IMG/VR virus record: IMGVR_UViG_3300045988_081205 | DNA length: 64,000 bases | Direction: 5' to 3' (one strand) | DNA from: a virus | Made by a program: the position numbers and the translations under genes | Shown here: positions 17,924-27,659 of the stretch, in pieces | Layout of the letters: each line of letters opens with the position of its first letter | How positions within the stretch are numbered: the stretch's first letter is position 1 | Notes under the pieces: generated by a model | What the model saw: only the letters and a program-made list of their open reading frames with translations | Told to the model about the DNA's origin: nothing | The model's database searches: none

Positions 17924-18126
17924 ATGATGAAGAAATTAGAACCATCAAATCGCTACAAGATGGTGGCACATATATTGTTAGATTCAAAGACGGTATAAGT
18001 AGTAAAGATGCCAAAGCGTGGATGAAGGTTTTGCGTCTTACTCTACTCGGACGAAATATTATATTGCTTCCTGAGTTCCCGCATTTATTTGAAATTGTTG
18101 GTGAATCAATAGAAAAAATTAAATAA
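17920..18126 (+). CDS. hypothetical protein
   Basis: ORF 17890..18126; ATG 17920 overlaps upstream TGA. Confidence 0.5.
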   Translation: MNDEEIRTIKSLQDGGTYIVRFKDGISSKDAKAWMKVLRLTLLGRNIILLPEFPHLFEIVGESIEKIK

Positions 18127-18131
18127 CCCTC

Positions 18132-18160
18132 TTGACAACCGCTCCAATCTATGATATAAT
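18132..18160 (+). promoter_or_regulatory. consensus promoter with anti-SD in spacer
   Basis: TTGACA, 17 nt, TGaTATAAT; 18135-18145 complementary to 18178-18188. Confidence 0.65.
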
Positions 18161-18192
18161 CCAAGTATCAAATGAAAGGGGCGGTTGTTATT

Positions 18193-18834
18193 ATGACCAC
18201 TGAAAAACTGTATGATGTTATCAAAGCATGGCGCGACTCTGTAACTGCTGAGGGTATGATTGCCACTGGCACAGAGATGAATAATGTGCTGAAGCAACTT
18301 GAAGCCGATATGATCATTGAGCAGTCAAAGAAATCTAGTACAAAATCGATTGTGACTGCGGCGAATAGAATTATCAAGAACGCTGAATTGTGCAATAAGC
18401 CTATGTTTGAAGGTATGTTTACAAATCAGACAAGAGACGGCTCGACGCTGTATTGTGTATGTGATGGCTTTGTAGCTATTAGATTCAATGAAAAGCCGCT
18501 CCTGCCTGCGATTGATGAAAAATGGCATGGACAGGAAATGCAGCTTGAGCAGATTGTTAGACCGATATACGACTCTAAAGAAATCGCTCTGCCTGATATT
18601 GGCGAGCTTAATGTCTATATCAAGACGCATAAAATCAAAGAAAAGAACAACCCTAAGAAAGTGGCTGATTATTTACTCAATGAGGAATTGAATCTTTGGG
18701 TCAATCCACAGTATTTGCTTAATGCTATGGAATGTCTGCCTGATTGTAAGGCATATGCGGCAAATAGAATTAGCCAGATTTATTTCAAAGCTGAAAATGG
18801 TGATGGCGTGGTTATGCCGGTGAATCATAAATAA
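18193..18834 (+). CDS. hypothetical protein
   Basis: ORF 18172..18834; ATG 18193 preferred (AAAGGGGCGG upstream). Confidence 0.6.
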   Translation: MTTEKLYDVIKAWRDSVTAEGMIATGTEMNNVLKQLEADMIIEQSKKSSTKSIVTAANRIIKNAELCNKPMFEGMFTNQTRDGSTLYCVCDGFVAIRFNEKPLLPAIDEKWHGQEMQLEQIVRPIYDSKEIALPDIGELNVYIKTHKIKEKNNPKKVADYLLNEELNLWVNPQYLLNAMECLPDCKAYAANRISQIYFKAENGDGVVMPVNHK

Positions 18835-18846
18835 GGAGGAATAGAT

Positions 18847-19107
18847 ATGCCTTGGAAATATCGACCACATAGGGGTACACTTGAAGAATCAATGAAAGAA
18901 TGTCGCGAATTTGATTCATTAGAAGATGTGTTTGAATACGTTGCAAGAGACTGGGGTATTCGGAAGTTCGACCTAAGCATTAAATATGTATGTGACGACA
19001 ATCGTATTGGATGGCGTCCGACGTATTATGTTTGTACTGATACATTTGATGGTAAAACATATAATGAAATACCACAATGTATTGGGATGTGTACGGAAGT
19101 AGAATAA
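18847..19107 (+). CDS. hypothetical protein
   Basis: ORF track; AAGGAGGA upstream. Confidence 0.6.
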   Translation: MPWKYRPHRGTLEESMKECREFDSLEDVFEYVARDWGIRKFDLSIKYVCDDNRIGWRPTYYVCTDTFDGKTYNEIPQCIGMCTEVE

Positions 19108-19109
19108 AT

Positions 19110-22100
19110 ATGAATGAACCAATTTGGGTAAATTACCATAAGCATACATCTCTAAGTAATAGATATATGAAAGATAGCCCGCTCTTGCCAATAGATTATT
19201 GGAATGAGCTAAAAGCACGATATGGTGATAAACCGTGTATCTATACTACGGTAGAGCATGGATGGGCTGGTAATTATTTCAAACAATATGATGACCTTGA
19301 AAAATTTAATAAGAAGAACGGCACGAATATCAGATGGATATATGGAGCTGAAGCATATTGGGTAAAAGACAGACATGAATCTGATAGAAGCAACTGCCAT
19401 ATTGTGCTATTGGCACGAACCGATAAAGGGCGCAAAGCAATCAATAAAATTTTATCTATTGCAAACAAGGATGGATATTATGCGCGTCCTCGTATCGACC
19501 TTGAATTGATTGACCAGTTACCATATGATGATGTGATGATTACAACAGCTTGTGTTGCTTTCTGGAATAAATATGATGACATTGCCAACATTGTTAGGCA
19601 TATAGCCGAGTCATTTCCTCATTTTTATCTTGAGGTACAGGCGCACGACACACCAGAGCAAAAAGAACTAAATTGGCGCATTATCCAAATTAGCGAAGAA
19701 TTAAATGTGCCAATTATCGCTGGTTGCGATAGTCATGTTATCACTGAATCACAAATGCTTGATAGAGATGAATTGCTCAAATCAGGTAACATCCATTATG
19801 AGGATGAAGATGGATGGTATATGGACTATCCAACATATGATGTACTATTTGAGCGATTTAAGCAACAGGGCGTATTAACAGATGCACAGATTAAAACCGC
19901 TATCAATAATACTAATGTATTGTTTGAATTTGAGGACATAAAGCTCGACCGCTCCTTGAAAGTGCCTGTCATTAAAGAGCTGCGTAATAAGACACAAGAA
20001 GAACGCAATCATATATTTGAACAGATTCTGAAAGATGAATGGTTCTTGCAAAAAGCTGATATTAACAAGGATAAACTGCAACAGTATTATCAAGAAATCA
20101 AGCATGATATAGGTGAGATAGAGGCTTGTAATATGGCTGATTATTTCATCTTGTCATATATGGTAATGAAGCGAGGACAAGAGAAATATGGCGGCATCTT
20201 AACTCCATCAGGGCGTGGCTCTGCTGTATCTATGTATCTCAATAAGCTCTTGAGACTTACTAAGGTAGATAAGGTCAATAGCCCTGTCCTTATGTATTCA
20301 GAGCGATTCTTGACTAAAGAGCGCGTCTTAGATAGTCATACGCCGCCTGATATTGATAACAACGTCAGTGACCGTCAACCATTCATTCAAGCACAGCGCG
20401 ACCTTGTAGGTGAACTTGGCACATATGATCTATTGGCTCTTGGTACGCTAAAATTCAAAGCCGCATGGAAAATGTATGCAAGAGCATATAATGTCGAGCC
20501 TGATACAGCCAATGAAGTAAGCAAGCAGATTGACCGATATGAAACAGCCAAGAAACACGCTGAAGATGGTGAAACGGTTGATATTCATAAGTATATTGAG
20601 CCGAAATATCAAGAGCTGGTAGATGGATGTAAAAAATATCTAGGCATTTATGATACTGCAAAGGGGCATCCCTGCGGTTGCTTGTGCTATGAGGGTGACA
20701 TTGAATCTGACATCGGCATCAGCTTGTGTAAATCCGAAGCAACTGGTAAAGAGGTGCTTGTCGCTAATATTGAATCGGGCATGATTGATGCTTTTGGATA
20801 TCTCAAGCAAGATTATCTTATTGTTGATTCAATCGGCCTGACATATGATATTTATAAAGAGGCTGGAATCGAGCCATTCACTGTCAACCAGCTTCTTGAA
20901 AAAATCGCACATGATGATGCAACATGGCAGATTTATGCAGATGGTTATACACAATGCGTCAATCAGTGTGAACAGCCAAAGTCAACTCAAAAAGTAATGC
21001 GATATAAGCCAAAGAATATTGCTGAGTTGACCCAGTTCATAGCTGCAATCAGGCCGTCATTCCAATCTATGTATCAGACATTTGAGCAACGGCAACATTT
21101 TGATTATGGCATCAAGGCTCTTGACGATTTGCTCCAAGATGAATACTGCTCATCATCATTCATTCTATATCAAGAATCTCTAATGAAAGTCCTTGGCTTT
21201 GCTGGCTTCCCTATGTCTGAGACATATACTATCATCAAGGCAATCAGTAAGAAAAAGGATTATATTATCAAGGATGCAAAGCCAAAATTTATCAAGAATT
21301 TTGCTCAAGCCATTCTTGATACGGGCGAAACAGATGATGATAATAAAGCGCATGAGCTTGCTGATAAAGTATGGACGATTATTGAGAATAGCGCCGCATA
21401 TGGCTTTAATAGTGCCCATGCTTATTGTATGGCTATTGATAGTGTAACGATTGCTTATCTCAAAGCGCATTATCCACTTGAATTTTATAAGTGCGTGCTC
21501 CAGCGATTCACTGATAAGGGCGAAAAAGACAAGGTTGCACTCATTAAGCAGGAGATGCTAAAACGCGGCTATAAGCTCAAAGATATTCAATTTGGAGATG
21601 ATAATAGAGCATTCAATATAGACCGTTCTAACAACTGTATTGTGCAAACTATGGCATCTATTAAGGATATGCCTAAGAGCGCACCAGAGGCACTATATGT
21701 GCTTGGAAAATCTGATATAAAGAACCGCGCCGCTCTATATCAAGCTCTTATGGACGATCCTAGAATCAATAAGAAAGCCATTGAAATTTTATTCCATCTT
21801 GGATATTTTAACAAATTTGCTCAACCAAATCGGCTCATTGCTGAATATGAAATTTATCAAAAATATATTTCAGCAAAGGTATTGACAAAATCATCATTTG
21901 ATGATATAATGATAGATGTAATTAGACCGTGTTGTGGTAAAGAAACCGAGAAGCAATTTAGAGAGATTGACAATAAAGCATTGATAACAGCTTTAATTAA
22001 ACAAGCAAATATCAAACCAGCTACTATTGTTGACCGTATTAAATGGCAACTTGAGTATCTAGGATATTGTACAGTAAATGACCCAAATTCAGACCCCAAC

Positions 22101-22355
22101 GATTGGCTGGTGCTAGATGTAAAGACAACAGGATATGGTGCAGTTTATGTAAAAATTTACAATTTATGTTTTGGCGTCGAAAGAACATATAAAGTAAACC
22201 GACAGTATTATAGTAAGAATTCAATAAATGTTGGAGATTGTATTAAAGCCGTAATTCAAGAAAAGGACAAATATAAAAAAAATGAAGATGGCGAATGGAT
22301 AAAAACAGGAGAAAAAGAAAATATTATAAAATGTTGGAAAATACTTGACAAGTAA
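19110..22355 (+). CDS. dnaE: DnaE-type replicative DNA polymerase (Pol III alpha-like, PHP domain)
   Basis: N-terminal PHP motif NYHKHTSLSN; PDIDNNV catalytic motif; 1081 aa from ATG 19110. Confidence 0.85.
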   Translation: MNEPIWVNYHKHTSLSNRYMKDSPLLPIDYWNELKARYGDKPCIYTTVEHGWAGNYFKQYDDLEKFNKKNGTNIRWIYGAEAYWVKDRHESDRSNCHIVLLARTDKGRKAINKILSIANKDGYYARPRIDLELIDQLPYDDVMITTACVAFWNKYDDIANIVRHIAESFPHFYLEVQAHDTPEQKELNWRIIQISEELNVPIIAGCDSHVITESQMLDRDELLKSGNIHYEDEDGWYMDYPTYDVLFERFKQQGVLTDAQIKTAINNTNVLFEFEDIKLDRSLKVPVIKELRNKTQEERNHIFEQILKDEWFLQKADINKDKLQQYYQEIKHDIGEIEACNMADYFILSYMVMKRGQEKYGGILTPSGRGSAVSMYLNKLLRLTKVDKVNSPVLMYSERFLTKERVLDSHTPPDIDNNVSDRQPFIQAQRDLVGELGTYDLLALGTLKFKAAWKMYARAYNVEPDTANEVSKQIDRYETAKKHAEDGETVDIHKYIEPKYQELVDGCKKYLGIYDTAKGHPCGCLCYEGDIESDIGISLCKSEATGKEVLVANIESGMIDAFGYLKQDYLIVDSIGLTYDIYKEAGIEPFTVNQLLEKIAHDDATWQIYADGYTQCVNQCEQPKSTQKVMRYKPKNIAELTQFIAAIRPSFQSMYQTFEQRQHFDYGIKALDDLLQDEYCSSSFILYQESLMKVLGFAGFPMSETYTIIKAISKKKDYIIKDAKPKFIKNFAQAILDTGETDDDNKAHELADKVWTIIENSAAYGFNSAHAYCMAIDSVTIAYLKAHYPLEFYKCVLQRFTDKGEKDKVALIKQEMLKRGYKLKDIQFGDDNRAFNIDRSNNCIVQTMASIKDMPKSAPEALYVLGKSDIKNRAALYQALMDDPRINKKAIEILFHLGYFNKFAQPNRLIAEYEIYQKYISAKVLTKSSFDDIMIDVIRPCCGKETEKQFREIDNKALITALIKQANIKPATIVDRIKWQLEYLGYCTVNDPNSDPNDWLVLDVKTTGYGAVYVKIYNLCFGVERTYKVNRQYYSKNSINVGDCIKAVIQEKDKYKKNEDGEWIKTGEKENIIKCWKILDK

Positions 22356-22373
22356 AAAATTTTATGGTATAAT
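22345..22373 (+). promoter_or_regulatory. consensus promoter of HNH cassette A
   Basis: TTGACA, 17 nt, TGgTATAAT; the -35 overlaps the last codons and stop of the polymerase gene. Confidence 0.65.
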
Positions 22374-22385
22374 ATAAGAAAGGTT

Positions 22386-22465
22386 AATAGAGGGTAGCTA
22401 ACTTCTATTATTTAGGAGAGTTGCTTATACCAACTCTCCACTTTTAATATTTCTTGTATAAGGAG
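22386..22465 (+). promoter_or_regulatory. HNH-gene leader A: two hairpins plus loop-to-SD pseudoknot
   Basis: Hairpin 1 22386-22409; hairpin 2 22415-22439 with loop CTTATAC (22424-22430) complementary to GTATAAG (22456-22462), which abuts the SD. Confidence 0.6.
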
Positions 22466-22476
22466 AATATATACAT

Positions 22477-23151
22477 ATGGAAGAAAAAGAAATCTGGAAA
22501 GATGTAGTTGGGTATGAAGGTTATTATCAAGTAAGTAATTTAGGACAAGTAAAATCGTTGGACAGGTATGTTAAATACAAGAGAACTGGATTGCGGTTGA
22601 TAAAAGGTAAAATTTTATCACAGAAAACAGATAGAAATGGATATAAATGTGTATTGATATGTATAGATAACAAAAGGTGGTATGTGACAGTGCATAGACT
22701 TGTGGCATTGATGTTTGTACCAAATCCAGATAATAAGCCACAAGTTGGACATAAAGATGAAACTAAAACAAATAATCGAGCAGATAATCTCGAATGGGTA
22801 ACTCCAAAAGAAAATAGTAATATGCCAAAACATATAGAAAGATTGTCTGTTGTGTTATCTGGTGAAAATAATCCAATGTATGGAAATTACGGAAAGTTAA
22901 GTTCTAGATGGAAAGCTGTTGTAACTGAAGAAACACGTGCAAAAATGTCTAAGAAATCAAAAGGAAGATTTACAAGAGCAACCCATCCAGCTTCTAAAAA
23001 AGTTATGTGTGATGGAATTGTTTATGATACTATTCTGGATTGTGCAGAGCATTATGGAATGAATCGTAATACATTTAGTAATTATTTGAACGGAAGAGTA
23101 AAAATGCCAGATAAATGGAAAAATCTAGGGCTTTCTTTTTATAAGAAATAA
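22477..23151 (+). mobile_element. free-standing HNH homing endonuclease (NUMOD4 + HNH_3 type)
   Basis: EIWKDVVGYEGYYQVSNLGQVKS (NUMOD4-like); HRLVALMFVPNP...GHKDETKTNNRADNLEWVTPKEN (HNH_3-like). Confidence 0.8.
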
Positions 23152-23152
23152 A

Positions 23153-23236
23153 ATGAAAAAGGATGAAAACGGTGAATGGGTGACGCTGAACGAAAAAATT
23201 GTGGAGATGAAATGTTGGAAGAAATTGGAGGTGTAA
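23153..23236 (+). pseudogene. relic duplicate of the polymerase 3' end (27 codons)
   Basis: MKKDENGEWVTLNEKIVEMKCWKKLEV aligns without gaps to the polymerase C-terminus KKNEDGEWIKTGEKENIIKCWKILDK, 13/26 identical by my count. Confidence 0.6.
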
Positions 23237-23239
23237 ATA

Positions 23240-23587
23240 ATGGATACTGTTGAATTTTTGAATGAAGGTACTAGGATGTGTAATAATTATGAAGCATGTG
23301 TTGGTTGTCCTATGGAGGAAACAGATGATTGCTGTATGGTTAATATGAATCTCAAGCAAATGATAAGTATTGTGGAGCAATGGGCAAAAGAACATCCTAT
23401 AAAAACAAGGCAGAGCGAATTGCTTAAGCTATTTCCTGAAGCTAGTGTGCTATATGATGAATATCTAAATATCTGTCCAGCTCAACTTTCAAGTGAATGT
23501 CGTGATAAGGAAACTGGTGGATGTTATGACCCCGGAATGGATTGTGGCAAATGCAAACGTGATTTTTGGCTAAAAGAAATTGAATGA
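23240..23587 (+). CDS. hypothetical Cys-rich protein
   Basis: ORF track; GGAGGTG upstream. Confidence 0.6.
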   Translation: MDTVEFLNEGTRMCNNYEACVGCPMEETDDCCMVNMNLKQMISIVEQWAKEHPIKTRQSELLKLFPEASVLYDEYLNICPAQLSSECRDKETGGCYDPGMDCGKCKRDFWLKEIE

Positions 23588-23592
23588 GGTGA

Positions 23593-23757
23593 ATGATGAC
23601 AAATCAAGAAGCTGCCACATTGATAGTCAAGGAATATGGCAATTATAGAGGAATTTGTATTGAATATAAGCAATTTTCTTATATCAACCCAAATCTATCT
23701 GAAGCTATTGCTATGGCTATAGCAGCATTAAATAAAGAAAATAATAAGGAGGATTAA
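23593..23757 (+). CDS. hypothetical 54-aa protein
   Basis: Below track cutoff; fills gap; GAGGTGA upstream (second ATG 23596 equally possible). Confidence 0.4.
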   Translation: MMTNQEAATLIVKEYGNYRGICIEYKQFSYINPNLSEAIAMAIAALNKENNKED

Positions 23758-23765
23758 GTAAGTAA

Positions 23766-24398
23766 ATGAGTAAAGCAATTATGATTATTGGGGCAAGCGG
23801 TTCCGGTAAGACAACTAGCCTAGAGCATCTTGACCCAAAGCTGACATTTTACATTGATGCAGATGGTAAAGGACTAAGTTGGAAGGGATGGCGCAATCAA
23901 TATAATAAGACTAATAAGAATTATTTTGTATGTGATGACCCTAATTCTATTTATAGTCTAATGCAGCAAATCAATGATAAACAGAAGCAGATTAAGTATC
24001 TTGTGATTGACACACTGAATGGCTGTATGGTAGCAGATGAGATGCGCCGAGCTAAGGAAAAGGCGTATGACAAGTGGATGGATTTAGCGCAGAGCGTATA
24101 TAGCATTGTTGATTTCTCTAATAAGATGCGTGATGATCTTACGGTGATTCTCATTGGTCATACTCAGACAAGCGATGATGGATTTACTTGTATGCTCACC
24201 AATGGGCGCAAGCTCAATAAGATTTGTCTTGAAAGCAAGATGACCACTGTGCTACTATCTCGAATCAACGATAATGGCGAATATGTGTTTGAAACAAGAG
24301 CAAAGAATAGCACGGCTAAGACCCCAAGAGGCGCGTTTGAAAAGGATGAAATTCCTAATGATATTATGTTAGTCATTGATGCTCTGAAAGATTTCTAA
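23766..24398 (+). CDS. Sak4-like / AAA_24 RecA-fold ATPase
   Basis: Walker A GASGSGKTTS at N-terminus; Walker B LVIDTL; size and position typical. Confidence 0.7.
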   Translation: MSKAIMIIGASGSGKTTSLEHLDPKLTFYIDADGKGLSWKGWRNQYNKTNKNYFVCDDPNSIYSLMQQINDKQKQIKYLVIDTLNGCMVADEMRRAKEKAYDKWMDLAQSVYSIVDFSNKMRDDLTVILIGHTQTSDDGFTCMLTNGRKLNKICLESKMTTVLLSRINDNGEYVFETRAKNSTAKTPRGAFEKDEIPNDIMLVIDALKDF

Positions 24399-24476
24399 CT
24401 ACTCCAGCTAAAAAAGCTGAGTAAAATATAAACAATCTATTTATTAAAATCAAATTAAAGCGAGGTTAAATTTATT

Positions 24477-25088
24477 ATGAAGCGAATCAATAATTGGGAG
24501 AATATTCAGGAAAGCACATCTTTTAAGCGTCTAACGCCAAATGGCTATATTGTTAAGATTCTCAATGTAGAAGATCATCCTGAAAAGGAATATCTCAAGA
24601 TTTATTTTGACATCGTAAAGGGCGATGATAAGGGTTATTTCAAGAAGCAGTATGACGGCGATACGCGCAAGGAACGCAAATGGCCCAATGCTGGTACATT
24701 CATCCGTTCTTATAAGGATTCTGCGGCATCTATGTTTAAGGGATTTATCAATGCCATTGAAAAGTCCAATAAGGGCTATCAGTGGAATTTTGACGAAAAG
24801 ACGCTTGTCAATAAGGTCGTTGGTCTAATTATTGCCGATGAGCAGTATCAGAATCAGAAGGGTCAGGTTCGTGTCCGTAACTATGTCGCGGCCGTTCGCT
24901 CTGTTGAGACTATTGAAAAGGACGAATATGAAATTCCTGCGCTCAAGGAGCTGACCACCACAAAGACCACAACTGCTCCTGCTAATGACCTAATCCCTGA
25001 TTTTGGCGATGTGTTTAACACTACACCAACCCCTGCTGAATCAGAAAATCCTTGGGATGATTCTGACGAGAATAATCCCTTCATGTAA
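24477..25088 (+). CDS. SSB-like protein (DUF669-like)
   Basis: Sits directly after the Sak4-like ATPase; acidic C-terminal tail DDSDENNPFM resembles an SSB tip. Confidence 0.45.
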   Translation: MKRINNWENIQESTSFKRLTPNGYIVKILNVEDHPEKEYLKIYFDIVKGDDKGYFKKQYDGDTRKERKWPNAGTFIRSYKDSAASMFKGFINAIEKSNKGYQWNFDEKTLVNKVVGLIIADEQYQNQKGQVRVRNYVAAVRSVETIEKDEYEIPALKELTTTKTTTAPANDLIPDFGDVFNTTPTPAESENPWDDSDENNPFM

Positions 25089-25097
25089 AAATAATAC

Positions 25098-25126
25098 TTG
25101 ACAAAAAGTTAATGCTGTGATATAAT
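25098..25126 (+). promoter_or_regulatory. consensus promoter of HNH cassette B
   Basis: TTGACA, 17 nt, TGaTATAAT. Confidence 0.65.
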
Positions 25127-25139
25127 TACAATAGAGGTT

Positions 25140-25226
25140 GATAAGAAGTTGCAAATTCTTATCATTTGAAGGAAGGTTGCTCGTCTCGACCTTCCTTACT
25201 CTACAAATTAAATCTAAGACGAGGAG
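25140..25226 (+). promoter_or_regulatory. HNH-gene leader B: two hairpins plus loop-to-SD pseudoknot
   Basis: Hairpin 1 25140-25163; hairpin 2 25169-25197 with CTCGTCT (25180-25186) complementary to AGACGAG (25217-25223), which overlaps SD GAGGAG. Confidence 0.6.
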
Positions 25227-25234
25227 ATTTTATT

Positions 25235-25798
25235 ATGGAAGAAATTTGGAAACCAGTTAAAGTTAGGGGAGAAGATTTCACAGGATATTATGAAGTTAGC
25301 AATTTAGGAAGAATTAAAAAATTGTCAACATGGAGTTGTGACGGTAAAAGATTTCTAAAAGAGCGGATTATGAAACAAACTCTTGATAAGAAGGGTTATT
25401 TGACTGTAAATTTGCAAAAGGGAAGTCGCCGTTTTACTCGTATATTTGTGCATAGAATAGTAGCAGAGGCATTTATTCCTAATCCAAATGATCTACCTCA
25501 AGTTGGGCATAAAGACGATACGGTATTAAAGACTAATAACTGTATTGAAAATCTTTATTGGACAACTAACAAAGAAAATGCAAATACAGAAGGAAGAAAA
25601 CAAAGATTATCTATGTCTCATATGGGCGCAAAAAATCATGGTGCTAGAGCTGTGATATGTGAAGGCATTACATTTCCAACGATGTCCGATTGCGCTAAAC
25701 ATTATAATATATTTGTTCAAAATATATGTGCGTGGTTAAATGGGAGAGAAAAAATGCCAAACCTATGGATTCAAAGAGGACTAAAAAGAGTTGATTAA
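25235..25798 (+). mobile_element. free-standing HNH homing endonuclease (NUMOD4 + HNH_3 type)
   Basis: ATG 25235; EIWKPV...GYYEVSNLGRIKK; HRIVAEAFIPNP...GHKDD...NLYWTTNKEN; paralogue of 22477..23151. Confidence 0.8.
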
Positions 25799-25821
25799 CG
25801 ATAAGAATTCATAAAAATATT

Positions 25822-25852
25822 AAAGGCGGGGCTTGACAATCCCGCCTTTTTA
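25822..25852 (+). terminator. intrinsic terminator with a promoter -35 in its loop
   Basis: AAAGGCGGG (25822-25830) / CCCGCCTTT (25841-25849) followed by a T run. Confidence 0.65.
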
Positions 25853-25861
25853 TTATATGAT
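25833..25861 (+). promoter_or_regulatory. sigma70-type promoter
   Basis: TTGACA, 17 nt, TATGAT; nested in the terminator hairpin. Confidence 0.5.
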
Positions 25862-25880
25862 AACTGTGAGGTGATGATGC

Positions 25881-26510
25881 TTGAATAGATTTCTATGTGT
25901 AGCTCAACTGCAAGAACTGCGAATCGACCTATATCAGACCCATATGAAAGCCAAATTCAGCGTCATCACTAATCATCAATGCCTTACTATGAGCCAAACA
26001 TTGAGCCGCAAATGGAATGAGCCGCAAATCAAATCATGGCTGACAATGGCACAATATATCCATCCACGTATAGACAGCTATATATATGTCAAAAATAAAC
26101 ATTATTATACAATGAAAAAATCTGATATACCTACTAGGCTATTGGTATCAGGCAATATCAATGAATGGAAAAAATCATTATATTATAATGTGCAATATTG
26201 CCGTATAGTTGAATATAATGCAGCTGATAGCATGAATATAGAAATGGATGGGCAATGGCTGGATTCATGGAGATTCTTGAATATATGCGGCGATTCACCT
26301 AGAGTGTTTACTATCAAGCGTCCTGACGGCTGTGAGGGCTGTATATGCCGATTGCGGCTTGAATATGATGCAGGATATAACATAGAGCAAAATCGGGTCA
26401 TAGCGCATCCTAGCGGTCTTGGTGTGGTTGATTGCAAGAAAACAGATGCGGTTATGAGCCAAGAAGAAATTGATAAGTGGATGTTAGAATATGAGATAAT
26501 TTCCTCTTGA
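25881..26510 (+). CDS. hypothetical protein
   Basis: ORF track (TTG start); GAGGTGA upstream. Confidence 0.55.
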   Translation: MNRFLCVAQLQELRIDLYQTHMKAKFSVITNHQCLTMSQTLSRKWNEPQIKSWLTMAQYIHPRIDSYIYVKNKHYYTMKKSDIPTRLLVSGNINEWKKSLYYNVQYCRIVEYNAADSMNIEMDGQWLDSWRFLNICGDSPRVFTIKRPDGCEGCICRLRLEYDAGYNIEQNRVIAHPSGLGVVDCKKTDAVMSQEEIDKWMLEYEIISS

Positions 26511-26535
26511 CAAATCAATCAACATATGATATACT
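26507..26535 (+). promoter_or_regulatory. consensus promoter (family member)
   Basis: TTGACA, 17 nt, TGaTATACT. Confidence 0.65.
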
Positions 26536-26565
26536 TGGATTATCAAAAAGATGGAGGTAATAAAT

Positions 26566-26712
26566 ATGAAATGGGAAGCGTGGTATTATGACTATATCAA
26601 TGGCAACAAGAAAACGTACATTTACGTTGAAGCCGATTCTTTTGATGAGGCGATTGCTAAAGCTCGTCGTATTGACCTTAGAGTAAACGCGGCAAGAGTG
26701 GTAAGTGAATGA
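26566..26712 (+). CDS. hypothetical 48-aa protein
   Basis: Below track cutoff; ATG 7 nt after GGAGGT; its TGA overlaps the next ATG (26709). Confidence 0.5.
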   Translation: MKWEAWYYDYINGNKKTYIYVEADSFDEAIAKARRIDLRVNAARVVSE

Positions 26713-27191
26713 GCAAGCCACCTACAGTTAAATGCCGCCAATGCGGTAAATCAACGCCAAAACAAGATGCAATCGAATATAAGCCTAAGTTCTATTTCTG
26801 CTGTGAACAATGTAGGCAGGATTATATCAATGCTCATATCGTTAAGCCCAAAGCAGAATCAAAAGATGATAGGCGCAAATTGCTGGATTATATACGTCAA
26901 GTTGCCCCTGATGCCAATATGCGGCTTGTAGGTATCCAGCTTGCTCAGTTGATGAAAGATAATCCTGATATGACATATGGCGGCATTGCTTATACTATCA
27001 GATATATCCATAAAGAGCTTGGAAAGGATATATCTCAATCGCCGCTTGGACTGGTCAAGTATAAGTATGATGAATGTAAAAAATATTATGCTTGGCTAAA
27101 TCAGGTAAGACAGAATATACAGCAATGGCAAGCTGAAGATGGAGTTGAGACGATTGTGAAAAGAAATGATGAGGAGGATGTGTTTGGATGA
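26709..27191 (+). CDS. hypothetical zinc-ribbon protein; replication accessory role possible from position only
   Basis: ORF track; CRQCG...CCEQC; lies upstream of the DnaB-like helicase. Confidence 0.6.
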   Translation: MSKPPTVKCRQCGKSTPKQDAIEYKPKFYFCCEQCRQDYINAHIVKPKAESKDDRRKLLDYIRQVAPDANMRLVGIQLAQLMKDNPDMTYGGIAYTIRYIHKELGKDISQSPLGLVKYKYDECKKYYAWLNQVRQNIQQWQAEDGVETIVKRNDEEDVFG

Positions 27192-27448
27192 AACATAAAA
27201 TGATTGGATGTTCTGAAGAATGCCTAGAATTTGCCTGTTGCGATTTCTGCATCTATGTTCACCATGATTTTTTCTTTGATAAAGACGGTGATATTGTCCG
27301 TGGCGGACCAGTTGGATGTGGATTGCATGACGATGAGCGTCATCAAGATATCGCTGAAAGCTGTGGTCATTGTCCTGATTTCCATTGTTTTAGAGCACAT
27401 GAAGATAATATGGTTGTAAAGGAGATTGATGATGATGACGTGGTATAG
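27188..27448 (+). CDS. hypothetical Cys/His-rich protein
   Basis: ORF track; ATGA coupling. Confidence 0.55.
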   Translation: MKHKMIGCSEECLEFACCDFCIYVHHDFFFDKDGDIVRGGPVGCGLHDDERHQDIAESCGHCPDFHCFRAHEDNMVVKEIDDDDVV

Positions 27449-27656
27449 TATTGGCAAAAATAGTAAACCAGATGATTATGAATGGGTGCTTGTTTCATTT
27501 CTTACAGAAGACAGTAGACAAAGATGCTCTGGCACTTGTGTTGTAGCTGCACTTTGGGAAGATGATGAGGGATGTGCTATATGGTATGACGGTAATCGAT
27601 TCTATAACATTCATACAACAGACCGTTGGGCATATATTGAATTGCCGGAGGAATAA
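27429..27656 (+). CDS. DUF551-like protein
   Basis: AAGGAG upstream; C-terminal RWAYIELPEE. Confidence 0.5.
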   Translation: MMMTWYSIGKNSKPDDYEWVLVSFLTEDSRQRCSGTCVVAALWEDDEGCAIWYDGNRFYNIHTTDRWAYIELPEE

Positions 27657-27659
27657 TCA

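Noticed and set aside
22356-23152. HNH cassette A as a group I intron in the polymerase gene
   Set aside because: There are no R/S-like core elements. The upstream copy of the gene end is complete with its own stop, so duplication by cassette insertion fits better.
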